From Lama guanicoe (taxonomy: Eukaryota), in contig MU054033.1 of NCBI GenBank assembly GCA_013239625.1, positions 558,001-622,000 of the forward strand: DNA of 64,000 nucleotides, given 5' to 3'. The notes under the pieces were generated by a model. The model was not told the DNA's origin, did not search any database, and saw nothing but the letters and a program-made list of their open reading frames with translations. Position numbers and translations under genes: made by a program. Numbering within the stretch: position 1 is the first letter of the stretch; each line of letters begins with the position of its first letter. Below are positions 13,290-25,090 of the stretch, piece after piece.

Positions 13290-13490
13290 TCAAACTTGAG
13301 TTTGGTAATCAGAGAGAGCAGGATTCTTCTCGTCTGCAACCTGGGCGGTGATGTTCTGAGTACAGGCTTCTGCTCTACATCTGTCAGATGCGAGTGACGC
13401 CGTTCTCCCGGTGGGGTTGTCGGAGGCGTCATGTGGCAGTGGACGTCAGTGCGGTGCCCGTGGTCATAGCTGTCACTAGTTTTTATAAGG
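13290..13490 (+). mobile_element. MIR SINE, strongly GC-shifted
   Basis: catctgtcagatgcgagtgacgccgttctcccggtggggttgtcggagg aligns to recalled MIR catctgtaaaatggggataataatagtacctacctcatagggttgttgtgagg. Confidence 0.6.
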
Positions 13491-13527
13491 GCTTCATGTA
13501 TTGAAATTTTTTTCCCCTTAAACAATA

Positions 13528-13595
13528 TGAAAACCTTATACGGAGAGGATTGGGACTCTGGTGAAAACCTTACACGGAGAGAACTGGGACTCTGG
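13528..13595. repeat. Tandem duplication, 2 x 34 bp
   Basis: tgaaaaccttatacggagaggattgggactctgg / tgaaaaccttacacggagagaactgggactctgg, 31 of 34 identical. Confidence 0.95.
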
Positions 13596-16500
13596 TATCT
13601 GTGGCCTGAGGACCAGGTGGGAGGCTGTCTCTCCAGGTGCCCGGGTCAGCGCCATGCTGATGGTTCTGAGGGGCCCTGATGGGCTCATCGGCCAGACGCA
13701 GAGCAGTCTGGGGGCTTCTAAGGGAGGCCCACTTGCATGAACCTTGGAGGAGTGACAGTGGTGCCGTGAAGGCGGAATGACATTTGGAAGGAGGTGCTGA
13801 TGGTCGTAACTCGTCACTGGCTGTGTTGGTAATAGGTTTTATAATTGTAACACTGTAATTCCTGGTAGAATTCTTTTTGTTTTACCTCTGCTGCCCATTT
13901 GTTTTGTGTCTCCACATTGTTAATGCTCTTTGGAAAAGGCTTTACACTTCAGTACAGTTTACAGCTGTCTTTTATGTGTTGCCTTTTTGGGGACATACTA
14001 CGTAATATACCAGATGCTTGACCAGATTAAATACTGTAGCCTGGACTACGTCTTCCCAAGGGCTGAGCAGGTCTGTTTTCTTTGCTCTGTGTGCTTTTCA
14101 CGATGAGGGTAATCTCCTATACTTTAACTCATAAGGTTTGTTACTGTATTTTGTCCAAAAAAAAAAAAGTTTGAATTATAGAAAAATTGGGGAAAATCAT
14201 TTGTTTGAGTAACTTAGAGTGTATAATAGAACCATTCTTTCAAATTTCTCTGAAAGGTAGTCTTATGTATATTTGAAACAGGCAGTTTAGTAGGTCTGTC
14301 TTTATTAACACGTACACATTAAGAGTACTGTTAAGTCTGGGTAAACAAAATCTGTTTACATACTTAAAAAGAATATTTAAACTTATATCCTACATTAGTA
14401 TAAAAATCTTACTTTTACTCAGACCTCATTTATTTATTATTGTTGGAGAATAGCCTTTCACATCGTTAGAGCTTTAATTTCTGTTCTGAAGCAGACATAT
14501 TCAAAAACAAAATCCTCAAAAATGTGCTCATTTATTGGTAACCCGAACCCCCTAAAATTATTCATTTTCCCTCTTCCCTTTCTGCCCCCGCAAAGATTTC
14601 TCTTCTCTGTACGTCTGTATTCTGGTGGCACCTTGTTTATTTCCCAAAACTTAAAGCTTATGAAGTGGTCTTGCCTCAAATTTCTTGAGGATGGGAACTT
14701 CTGTTTTTCGTTTTTGAAAATCATCTTAGGTGTTCTCACAACACAGCACGCAGCAGGGACCCAGGAGGTGTTTGCTGAACCTGATCAGCCTTTGCACTGT
14801 GCTGTGATTCACTGATGGTTTTTTCAGGGGCTGTTGGGATGTGAGCAGTTTCTCTGAAATTCACTGGTCGGGTCTCTGGCTCCTGACTTTGGTTCAGTCT
14901 TCCACGTCCTTTTTCTAATATGCTACAAGAACAGATAATTAAGCCCTGTTCATAACACGATCCCTCCATGCACTGGAGGTTGGACTGACTTCTCATTTAA
15001 ATCTATTATTTAGAGTGTACAATCGTATTTTACTTATCTTTACATTTTTTAAATTAGATTTTAGTTTAAAAAACAGGTAGTATGTCAACATGTATGAAAT
15101 GTAGACAATATGAGTGAAAAGAATACAAAGAGAAGTCTCACTCTTACCCCCTCCCTCTACGCCATTCTTTCCTGAATAAAAACAGCGATGTTTATTATTT
15201 TATTTCATCCTTTTAGTATTTCAATATACAGATGCATACAAATATACGTAAATATACAGATATATGTGTACTCGGTAGAATGTTAAGATGCTATATTTAA
15301 AGTGATAATGTGAAAAGTATGTTATAGTGTGGAAAATACATGTAATAAGAAGAGAGCTATGTGTGACATGTCACTCCCATTATGGCTGCACCTGTGTGAG
15401 CTGGGTCTACAAATAAAGTCACAGCTTAGGAGCGATGTTTTCCTTTTTCCGCCTTCAAAGTTTCGGTAATAATAATTATAGTAAGAAATTATATTAAGGT
15501 AATACATACAAAGTAAATAATTTTGAAAAAATTACCAAGTATGTATAGTGTATTTTTCAGTCTTGGTAACTAAAATTGTGACATTAATTGCATTTCTGAA
15601 TTGTTGTTGCAACATTTAGGAGGAAAAATTTCAGAATAACAAGACCTTACACAACTCTTCAGATGCTTTCATTTTACAGAATCTCTGTGAGGTTAAATAC
15701 CTGGTTAAAGGTGGTGGCTTCGCTGGAACTACTTCTGACTCCTAGGGCGGGTTTTCTTTACTGTACCAGTGATTTTTAATCTTTTGGGATATGAAGTCTC
15801 CTTTTTAAGTTCTTACAGTTTCGTGCACTTTCACATTGTGGTGGTCCTGTGTTGACTGAGATGATGTGTTATGTCAGATGCCACTCTGGGTACAGTAATC
15901 TATTTAGATGAATTTTCTGTTTGACTACAGTGATGTCTAGATCCAGAAAAAATACGTGTCGTAGTTAGCATGGCTGGAGACCATGTTTCCTCCACATGCG
16001 TGTTTTCAGATAACCGTGCTGCGCCCTGGGCCCGACTCCAGGTTGGGAGTCAGTGTCGTGGATGTATCTTTCTTGTGGATGCACTGCTCTGGGTTCATGG
16101 CTTGCCGGAACGTCTCTCAGTATCCTGAGAAATAGCATTTTGGTAGTCAGGACTCACTGTAAAAGGTTTAGGAGTTAGAATTTTAATATATTTAATGGAA
16201 TTATGAAAAAGTCCTTTTAAACTAGGCTACTGCATCAGATGTGACTGTTTGATCCTAGTCATCTGTGTGCTTTTGTCCTGTTAGTGTTCTGAGGCTAAGT
16301 AGCAAAGTACACACGTGTTGTTTTTACCATAAAATTTTTGAAATGAAATTTTGTGAGAAATTACTGAGTCTGAGGATCTTTTCTTTTGAAATTCCTGAAA
16401 TAGATTATAAACAGTTCCTGGTAGTTGATTCCTGTATGTAGAACTCTAAATTGAGTATTTCGCTGAATTACACTGGTGTGGGTTTTTTTAAAAAGTAAAG

Positions 16501-16949
16501 GTACTTTTGCTTCTGCTTTTGAGTTCTAGTAAATTGTCTTCTGACTAAAAACTTCTCACTAAAATTGTTAACATGCTTTATTGAATGTTGTATTTTCAAA
16601 TGGAGGTAAATGTCATGACATGATTAAATATATGGGGACCTCTGACTAGTGAACTTATCTATTCAGTATTGTTTCAGAATCTCAAGTTATCTCTGTGTAT
16701 TTGAGTGTTAGTCCCTTAGAGAGTTTGTAAGTAAAGGGAAAGCTAGATAACCTACAGATTTGTGTTTAGTTTAGCATAGGATTCTTTTTTTTTGGAAATT
16801 AAAAAAAAGTCTGTGTTACAGAGATACGAATTACTTGCAAAAATATGCCTATTTTAAGTATACATGTAGTTGATTAATTTTGACAGATGTTTAAACCATG
16901 AGGATAGTTGTGCTATAGAACATGTTCTTCACTATAAGAGCTTTCTTTT

Positions 16950-19455
16950 TTCTTTTTAAATTGAAGTATAATTGACTTATAACACTGTGTTAGTTCCAGG
17001 TGCATGGCAGAGTGATTCAGTCTCTCTCTACATTACGAAACGGTCACCGTGATAAGTCTAGTTACCATCTGTCACTGTACAAAGTTATTAAATATAATTG
17101 GCTGTTCCCCTGTACATTTCATCCCTGTGACTCATTTATTTTGTAGCTGAAAGTTTGTACCTCTTCATCTGCCTCCCCTATTTCACTCATCCTCCTACCC
17201 TTGCCCCCTCTGGCAACCACCTGTTTATTCTCTCTCTGTGACTCTGGTTTTGTTTGGTTATGTTTGTTGATTTGTTGTGTTTTATAGATTCCACATATAA
17301 ATGAAATCATATGGTCTTTGTCTTTCTGTGTCTGACTTATTTCATTAAGCATAATGACCTCTAGGTCTACCCATGTTTTCGCAAACGGCAAGATTTCATT
17401 TTTTTAATGACTAATATTCCACTGAAAATATATGTCATCTCTTTATCCGTTCATCTGTCAGTGGGCACTTAGGTTGCTTTCATATCTCGGCTGTTGTAAA
17501 TAATGCTGCCGTGAACATAGGGGTGCATGTGTTTTTGAATTAGTGTTTTTGTTTTCTTTGGAAGGCTACCGAGGAGTGAAATTGCTGGATCGTATGATAG
17601 TTCTATTTTCAATTTCTTGAGGCGCATCCATACTGTTTGCCATGGTGGCTGCATGACTTCACTTTCCCACCAGCAGTGCGTTAGGAGTTCCTTTTCTCCA
17701 CATTCTCACCGACACTTGTTATTTGTTTTCTTTTTGATAATAGCCATTCTGACAGGTGCGAGGCAATACTTCATTGTGGTTTTGATTTACATTTCCCTAA
17801 TTAATGATTTCATGTGTCTTTTGGCCATCTGTATGTCTTCTCTGGAAAAATGCCTATTCAGGCCTCTGCCCATTTTTTAATTGGGTGTTTGTGTTTTTGA
17901 TGTTGAGCTGTATGAGTTCTTTGTACATTTTAGATATTAACCTCTTATTAGGGATGTCATTTGCAGAAATATCTTCCCATTCAAGTAGGCGGCCTTTTTG
18001 TTGGTTGACAGCTTCCTTCACTGTGCAAAAGCTTTTAGTTTGATGTCGTCCCATTTGTTTGCATTTGCTTTTGTTCCCCTTGCCTGAGGACTTACTTACA
18101 AGAAACTTTTGCTAAGACCAGTGACAGGAATGCTGCTTACGCTTTCTTCTGGTTTTGTGGCTTTGGGTCTTTAATCCATTTTGAGTTTGTTTTTGTATAT
18201 GGTGTGACTGTGGAGTCCAGTTTGATTCTTCTGCATTAACCGTCCAGGTTTCCTAACACCATTTGTTCCCCTGGTGTACATTCTCGCCTTCCTCGTTGCA
18301 TGTTAACCGCTCCTCTAAACGGAGGGCCATTTCGGGGCTTTCCGTTCCGTTCCCTTGCTCTGTGTGTGTGTTTTGGTGCAGGTACCATGTTGTTTTGATT
18401 ACTGCAGCTTTGTAGTGTGGTCTGAAATCGGGGCGTCTCATACCTTTAGCTTTGTTCTTTCTCAAGATGCTTTTCCCTGTTTGGGTTCTTTGGTGGTTTT
18501 ATACAGGTTTTAGAATTATTTGTCCTAGTTCAGATGCTATGGGTCTTTTGATGGAATTGCACTGAATGTATGGGTTGTCTCGGGTAGTGTGGTCATTTTA
18601 ACACTGTTCCTCAGCCCGTGAGCACAATGTCTTCCCGTTTGTTGGTGTTGTCTTCAGTTTCTTTCATCGTTGCCTTGCAGTTTTCTCAGAGTAGGTCTTT
18701 TATGTCCTTGGTTAGATTTGTTCCTAGTTAATTTTACTATTTTTGATGCAGTTGTAAATGGGGTTATTCTTTTATTCTCTCTTTCTGATAGTTTGTTGTT
18801 AAGTGTATAGAAAGATCACAGATTTCCGTATATTATTTTATACCCTGCAAGTTTACTGAATTCCCTGATGAGTTCTCATGGTTTTTGGTAGTGTCTTTAG
18901 GACTTTCTGTCCAGGGTATCCTGTCATCTGCAAACAGTGACAGTAAAGTTATTTACATCCAGTCTTCTCCCGAGCTCACTGAACGTCTTTGTGATCTTTA
19001 TCTTGAACTCTTTATCAGGTAGTTTCTTGTCTCCACTTCACTTAATTCTTATGGAGTTTTCTTTCTTTGGAACATTTTCCTTTGTTGCCTCATTTTTCTC
19101 AGTTCTCTGTTTTTACCTCTCTGTATTAGGTAGGCTGGCTACACTTCCCGATCTTGGATAAGTGGTCTTACGTAGGAGACGTCCTACGGGGCCCAGCAGC
19201 ACGCGCCCCTCTGGTCCCCAGAGCTGCGTGCTCTAGGGCTGCCCCCTACGTGGGCTGTGTGAACCCTTCTGTGATGGCAGGGCTGACTGCTGTGGTCGTG
19301 CTGGGAGATGGGGCTGGCCTCTGGCCTGGTTGGCTGCCAGGCTCTGCCTTGTGCAGAGGCTGCAGGTCACTGGTGGGTGGGGCTGGGTACTGGGGCAGCT
19401 GGCTTTGGGGTCAGGTTGTCCTGGGGCTGGTGCCAGCCTGCTTGAGGGTGGTGCT
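16950..19455 (-). mobile_element. Intermediate-age L1: 3' UTR and ORF2 (to about 18945) joined to ORF1-start / GC-rich 5' UTR sequence
   Basis: ORFs 17119..17391 (MPFAKTWVDLEVIMLNEISQ) and 17469..17654 ([17 protein letters not shown]) are ORF2 C-terminal. Degraded TSD taagagctttctt / taaaaatctttctt. Confidence 0.88.
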
Positions 19456-20529
19456 GTTAAAAATCTTTCTTATGCCCATATGGTGTTGTATAGCCTATCC
19501 CCTCCCCTTCTCCCACCCCCTTAAAACACTGATCTCATTGCTCTTACCATAGTTTTTCCTCTTCTAGAATGTCCTACAAATGGAATCCTTCTGTAGGTGG
19601 CCTTTTGTATCTGGCTTCCTTCCCTTAGCGTAATGCTTTGAGCTTCACCCATGATACGTGTTTCAGTAATTTCACTTTATTGCTAGGTATGATTTTCATT
19701 ATGTCGCTGAGCATTTGTTTTACTTGCTAAATAGTCCACTGCATAGTTACAGCACAATTTGTTTATCTGTTTCGCAGTTAATGGTCATTTGGGTTTTTCC
19801 ACTATTTTGGCTTTTATAAGCATGTTTTTCTTTCTTTTGGATAAATAATTAAGAGTGGAATTACTGGATTTTATCGTAACTGCACATTTCATTTTATGAG
19901 AGACTGCTGCTATTTTCTAGCCGTTCTGCGTTCCCGCCAGCAGTGTATGATAGTTCCAGGTGTTCCGCATTCTCGGCCACACTTCATATTGTCAGCCTTT
20001 TGTTTTAGACACCCTAGTGGTATGTAGTTACATGTAATTGTGGTTTTAGATTGCATTTTTTTAATGCGTAATGACTTTGAGCATCTTGTCTGGTGCTTTT
20101 TTGTCACCTGTATATCTTTTTTTGGTGAAGTGTTTATTCACATCTTTTACCCATGTTTTAATAAAAATAAAAATGAAAGATCGTCTTTTTATTGAGTTAA
20201 AGAGTTTTTAATATATTCTTGATACAGACCTTTTGCTGATAAATGATAAAGATAAATAAGAGTATTTTTACTCCTACTCTTTGGCTTGTCTTTTTCTTAA
20301 CAGTTTGCTTTGAAGAACAAAAGTTTTTCAGTTGAAGTCCAGTTCATCTGTTTGTTTTCTTTTGTGGTTTGTTTCTATTTTGTGAGCTAAGAAACCTTGA
20401 CCTACTCCAAAGTCACAAAGACTTTCTGTCTGTGTTTTCTTCCAAAAAGTTTTCAGTTTTTATGTTTTATAGTTAGACCTGTGATTCATTCTTAGTTCAT
20501 TTTTGTATATATCATAAGGTGTGGATTTA

Positions 20530-21290
20530 TGTAATGTGGTATAATAAAATATATATTTGGTTTTTGCCCTCCCTGGCACAGAGCTCCTAAAATCCTGGGA
20601 ATTTCTTTGGAGTAATGAGTATCTTTTATGTGCTAATGAGATGGCTGAAGGTAGGGGCCCCGGATGACTTTAGAATGGGGTGGTTGCCAGAAAAATCAGT
20701 CCTGGTGTTAGAGGGTTAGAACTTCAGCCCTGCTCCCCCAAGCTTGAGAAGGTAGCGGGGCCAGGGATTGAGTTCAGTGTCTGCTGGACAGTGGTTTACT
20801 CAGTCACGCCTAGGTAGTGAAGACGCCATAAAAACCTGTGAATGATGAGGCTTGGCGGGGGGTTCCAGGCTGGTGCGCACGTGGGATTGTCGGGAGGGTG
20901 AGACTTTGTGCCCGCCTCCCTGTACCTTGCCCTGTACATCCCTGCCGTTTGGCTGATACTGAGCTGTGTCCTTAATAATAAACTGGTAAGTGTAAGTAAA
21001 ATGTTTTCCTAAGTTTTGTGAGTGATTTGAGTGAAGTATTGACTCTGATGGGGGGTTTGTGGGAACACGTGAATGTTTAGCTGGTTGGTCAGAAGTCTGG
21101 GTTCTCCCCGGAACTTAGGACCAGCGTCTAAAGTGAAAGCAGGCTTGTGGGGCTGCGCCTTTCAGCTGTAGGACCCACGCTAACTTAGGGAGTCAGCATC
21201 AGAATTGAATTGAATTGTTGGACACCCAGTTGGTGTCAGAATTGACGAATTGGTGTATAAATCACCTCCTCTCTCCCCATTTAGTGTCAG
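20530..21290 (+). mobile_element. MER21-like LTR (ERVL class), copy 1
   Basis: tgtggtataataaaatatatatttgg...cctggcacagagctcctaaaatcctgggaattt matches the recalled MER21 5' end. aataaa at about 20977. Confidence 0.8.
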
Positions 21291-21299
21291 CAATAGGCC

Positions 21300-21937
21300 T
21301 GGCTGGACTGACCCCTAGAACTCAGGAGGTGCTTGATTTATTATTACTGGTTTATTCTAAAGGCTACAACTCAGGAGCAGCCAGGTGGTAGAATGCATAG
21401 GGCAGGCACCCTCCCAAACATGTGTTCAACAACCTGGAAGCTTCTTTTTTTGACAGGGGGAGGCAATTAGGTTTATTTATTTATTAGAGGAAGTGCCGGG
21501 GGTTGAACCCAGGACCTCGTGCTTGCTAAGCAAGCGCTCTACCGCTTGAGCTACACCCTCCCCCAACCCGGGAAGCTTCTTGAACCCAATTGTTAATGGA
21601 TTTTATGGAGGTTCCATTACATAGCCAAGACTGATTGAATCATCGGCCATTAGTGATCGGTCTCTGGTCCCTCTACTGTCACCAGAGGTTGAGGGGTAGG
21701 GATGAAAGTTCCAGCCTCTTGTCATGGCTTGGTCCTTCTGGTGACCAGCCTCCATCCTAAAACTGTTAAGGGGCCCGCCAGCAGTCATCTCATTAACATA
21801 AACCCAGCTGTGCTTGAGAGGGGCTCGTTATAAATAAAAACAGAATATACCGCCATCACTCAGGGAATTCCAAGGGTTTCAGAGCTCTGTGCCAGGATAC
21901 AGTGACAAAGACCACATAGAGTTTTTATTATACTTCA
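21300..21937 (-). mobile_element. MER21-like LTR, copy 2 (inverted; contains a SINE)
   Basis: Reverse complement begins tgaagtataataaaaactctatgtggtctttgtc...cctggcacagagctctgaaacccttggaattcc, homologous to copy 1. Confidence 0.8.
21445..21563 (-). mobile_element. tRNA-derived SINE (camelid vic-1 type)
   Basis: Minus strand GGGGAGGGTGTAGCTCAAGCGGTAGAGCGCTTGCTTAGC...GGTTCAACCCC with A/B boxes, AAAT-rich tail and poly-A. Imperfect TSD caacctggaagcttc / caacccgggaagcttc. Confidence 0.9.
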
Positions 21938-23818
21938 GGGTTGTTTTTTTAATTCATATGTATGTCCAGTTCTGTCATCATTTATTAAAGACTAACTCTT
22001 CCTCCACTGAATTATCTTAGGGCCTTTCTAAAAAGCCGGCTGCCATATGTACATGTGAGCTATGCCCAGGCTCTCTGCGCTTCACTGTCTCAGTTGCTCT
22101 GTACAAGCCTTGAACATTCTTGGCTAAATTCAGTCCTAAACATTGCGTATTTTTTGATGATACTATAAAGTGGCTGCTCTTAATTTAGACTCCCGATTGT
22201 TACTGCTAGCATGTGGAAATGCGATTGACTTGTGTGTGTTGACTTTGTATCTTGCAACCATGTTAAACTCACTTTTTAGTTCTGGGAATCATTTTGTAGA
22301 TTCCTTGGTATCTTCTAGGTAGATGGTCAAGTTATCCGCAAATAAGGACAGTTTTACTTCTTCCTTTCCATTCTGTTGGCCTTTTGTTTTATTCTTCTCT
22401 TAAAATTAGGCCTTTATTGTGATGTTGAATAGAAATGAAATGTCCATCCTTGCCTTTTCTTCAACCTTATGGGGGTGCATTCAGTCTTTTGCCATTAAGT
22501 GTAATTTAGCTGTAGATTTTTTCATCAGTGTAATTGATGAGGGTGAAAAAGTTTCTATTCCCAGTTTGTTGAGTTTTTTTGTCTGTTTTTTTAATCATGA
22601 ATTGGTGTTGAATTTTATCCAAAAATTTTTTGTACCTATTAAGATGATTATGTGGTTTTTCTTTTTCAGTCTCTTCATATGGTGAATTGATTGATTTTCA
22701 AATATTAAACAACCTTGTGTTCCTGGAATACACCCTTCTTGGTCATGATGTACTATAGTTTTTATATATTGCCGGATCTAATTTGCCAAAGTTTTGTTGA
22801 TGAATTTTGCACTTTGATCGTGAGGGAAATTGGTTTTTAATTTTCTTGTCATGTCTCTGTTTGTGATGTCAGGGTGTTACTGGTCTCATACAATGAATTG
22901 GGAAATTTGCAGTTTTGTTTCTTCTGTTTTGCTGGACGAGCTTGTGTGGAACTGGTGTTGTTTCCTACTTGGTTGTTACGTAAAATGCACCAACGAAGCC
23001 GTCTGGTCTCGGAGCTTCTTTGTGGGAAGATTTTTAACTAAGATTTTAATCTCTTTAGTAGATAGAAGACTATTCATGTTATCCATTTCTTTTTATGTTT
23101 TGATAAATTATGTCATTTAAAGAAATTGCCTGTTTTATCCAAGTTTTTAAATTTATTGGCCTAAAATTGTTCATAATGTTCCCTTATCCTTTTAATGTCT
23201 ATTGAATCTATATTGATACCTCCCCTTTCATTTTTGATATTGATAATTTGTCATTTTCCTTAAAAATTCTAGCCAAACTTTGATTACTTTTCTTGATTGT
23301 TTCAAAGAACCAGCTTTGATTTCATTGTTACTGTTTTTTTCCTATTTTCTGTTTCATTAATGTCATTATCACTTTCTTTCCTCTGTGTGCTTTGGGTTTA
23401 ATTTACTTCTCATTTTCTAGCTTCTTAAGGTGGAAGCTTAGATCATTGATTCAGTCCCTTCCTCTCTCCTAATACCAATGTTTAATATTGTACTTCTAAT
23501 TTCTCCACTCGAACATGCCAGAGATGCCATTAAAAATGGCTTAGATTACTCTGTTTGGGGAAGTAATAATTATTGGCTGTTGCTAATTCATTTCTGACCT
23601 TGTTTCCATTTTTAAAAAAATACCTAAATGATATTTTATGCTCTTAGATGCTATTTTCTTTTTTAAAAATAGGAAGTATGTATTAGTGATAACTCGCCGA
23701 CTCCTCTCTCTGCTTCCACTGTTGCCCCGCTGAGGCACACTCCCCATCGTGTAGCCCGAGGAATCTTAAAAAATAATCACTTGACACTTCCTGCTCCAGA
23801 TAACCCTCAGAAGTAGAG

Positions 23819-24232
23819 TGTGGTGGCTGAATAACGCCCCCGAGGATGTCCGTGTCTTACTCCCCGGAGCCTGTGCGTATGGGATCTCAGCGCAGAAGGG
23901 GCGTCACGGATCCGTGTAAGTCAGAGATCCTGAAACGGAGAGGTCGCCCTGGGTTACCCAGTGGGGCGATGTGTAGACGGGTCTGTGTAAGAGCGAGGCG
24001 GGAGGGTTAGAAGTTGGGAAGAGAAAGGAGAATCAGGGAAAGGTCTGCGAGGGGAGAAGTGACGGCAACGCAGGGGAGAAGCCCTGCGCCGAGGAGCGCG
24101 GACGGACAGCCCCGGGGCCGGCGAGGCGAGGGGCTCGGCCTCGGGGGCGCAGCGCTGCCAGTTTCAGGCCCCTGACCTGCAACTGCGGACGATCCCGCTG
24201 AATTTGTGGTTACTTGTGGGGAAGCTGGTGCC
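23819..24232 (+). mobile_element. MLT1 (MaLR, MLT1D-like) solo LTR, heavily GC-shifted
   Basis: tgtggtggctgaataacgcccccgaggatgtccgtgtcttactccccggagcctgtgcgtatg aligns to recalled tgtggtaggctgaataatggcccccaaagatgtccacgtcctaatccccggaacctgtgaatatg. Confidence 0.8.
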
Positions 24233-24620
24233 GCACGTGTGGGGCGCGGGTGCTTCGCCCTTTCCCGCCGCGTCTCGCCCCTCCTGCGCCTTGCCCGCCC
24301 GGCTTGGCCTCGCAGCCCTGGTTCTCGGCGGGACAGAGCTCAGCCCCGCTCAGACTCCCTGTGCCCGGCGCTCCCTCTGCTCGGGAAGGCCTCTGCTCAG
24401 GTGTCATCTCCTTAGAGAGTTGTGACCGTGTCATTTTAGCCGAAACAGGCGTCTCCACTTCCCCTCACTGTCTGCCACATTTTCCTATTTTAGCTTCATC
24501 TTCTCAGTTCCTGAATTTATTTTTCAGTTGTTTGTTATCGATCTGCTTCTTGTACAGATAAGCTCACCCCCTGGGGTCGGGACAGGAGCCCAGCGCCCGC
24601 ACAGCGCCGAGTCCACCCAA
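23830..24620. promoter_or_regulatory. Intronic CpG-island-like segment
   Basis: About 34 CpGs by hand count in 24061-24360, against a CpG-poor AT-rich background. Regulatory function not shown. Confidence 0.75.
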
Positions 24621-25090
24621 GGCACTTAACAGATAGTTGATGGGACGAAGAACTGAAACATTTTGGTTGCTGATGTAGTGACGTTGGCAAAGTGTCACGG
24701 TTAAGTAAAGCAAGCTTTGCTTTTTGGTACAGTGCGTGTATAGGTGGCTTATAGGGTGAAGAAGAGGCAGCTGCTCTTGGCCATTCTCCCCCAGTCCCGT
24801 GTCCAGGCCTGCCCAGTTAGGTCCCCTTGGTGGGGAGGGGACGTCAGAAGGCACTAGAAGCCAGAAGAGGTCTTCCGTGCAGAAGCCCCCTCTTTCACGA
24901 GGCCAGGGGAGTGTAATTCAGCCCATGACCCTGGGTCAGGTTCGGTATCACTCCAGCTGCTGGAAGGGCAGAGCTGAAAGAATTAGGAAAAAAAATAAGA
25001 ATTTGTATCAGTCTCTCCCTCTGGCAATTTGTATTTAGCAGCACAGGCTGCTTTCTGAGAGGGTCCCATGGGAGCCAGAGTTAGACTGGA

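Larger units (their letters stand above)
16800..23490 (-). mobile_element. Old L1M host element, split by nested insertions
   Basis: 3'-end text at 16800-16948 resumes at about 19460 and reads through the LTR pair (20529 joins 21938). Antisense ORF2 text continues to about 23490. Confidence 0.8.
23700..24660 (+). mobile_element. L2 relic (about 23700-23818 and 24235-24660), host of the MLT1 LTR
   Basis: ctgcttccactgttgcccc, ctcaggtgtcatctccttagagag and the 3' end cccagcgcccgcacagcgcc...ggcacttaacagatagttgatgg resemble L2. Confidence 0.65.

Noticed and set aside
13528..13595. 34-bp repeats as a CRISPR-like array
   Set aside because: Two adjacent copies with no spacer, in a mammalian intron; a simple tandem duplication.
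19375..19395. Canonical G-quadruplex motif GGGTGGGGCTGGGTACTGGGG
   Set aside because: Lies in a GC-rich L1 5' region where such motifs are common; nothing supports function.
21480..21563. tRNA-like sequences here and at 49295-49370 as tRNA genes
   Set aside because: Both have A-rich tails, target-site duplications and diverged stems, so they are SINEs.
23830..24620. CpG-rich segment as AUH exon 1 or a nested gene's coding exon
   Set aside because: It lies downstream of exons 2-3, encodes no AUH presequence-like frame and aligns to MLT1/L2. The ORFs reflect stop-codon scarcity in GC-rich DNA.
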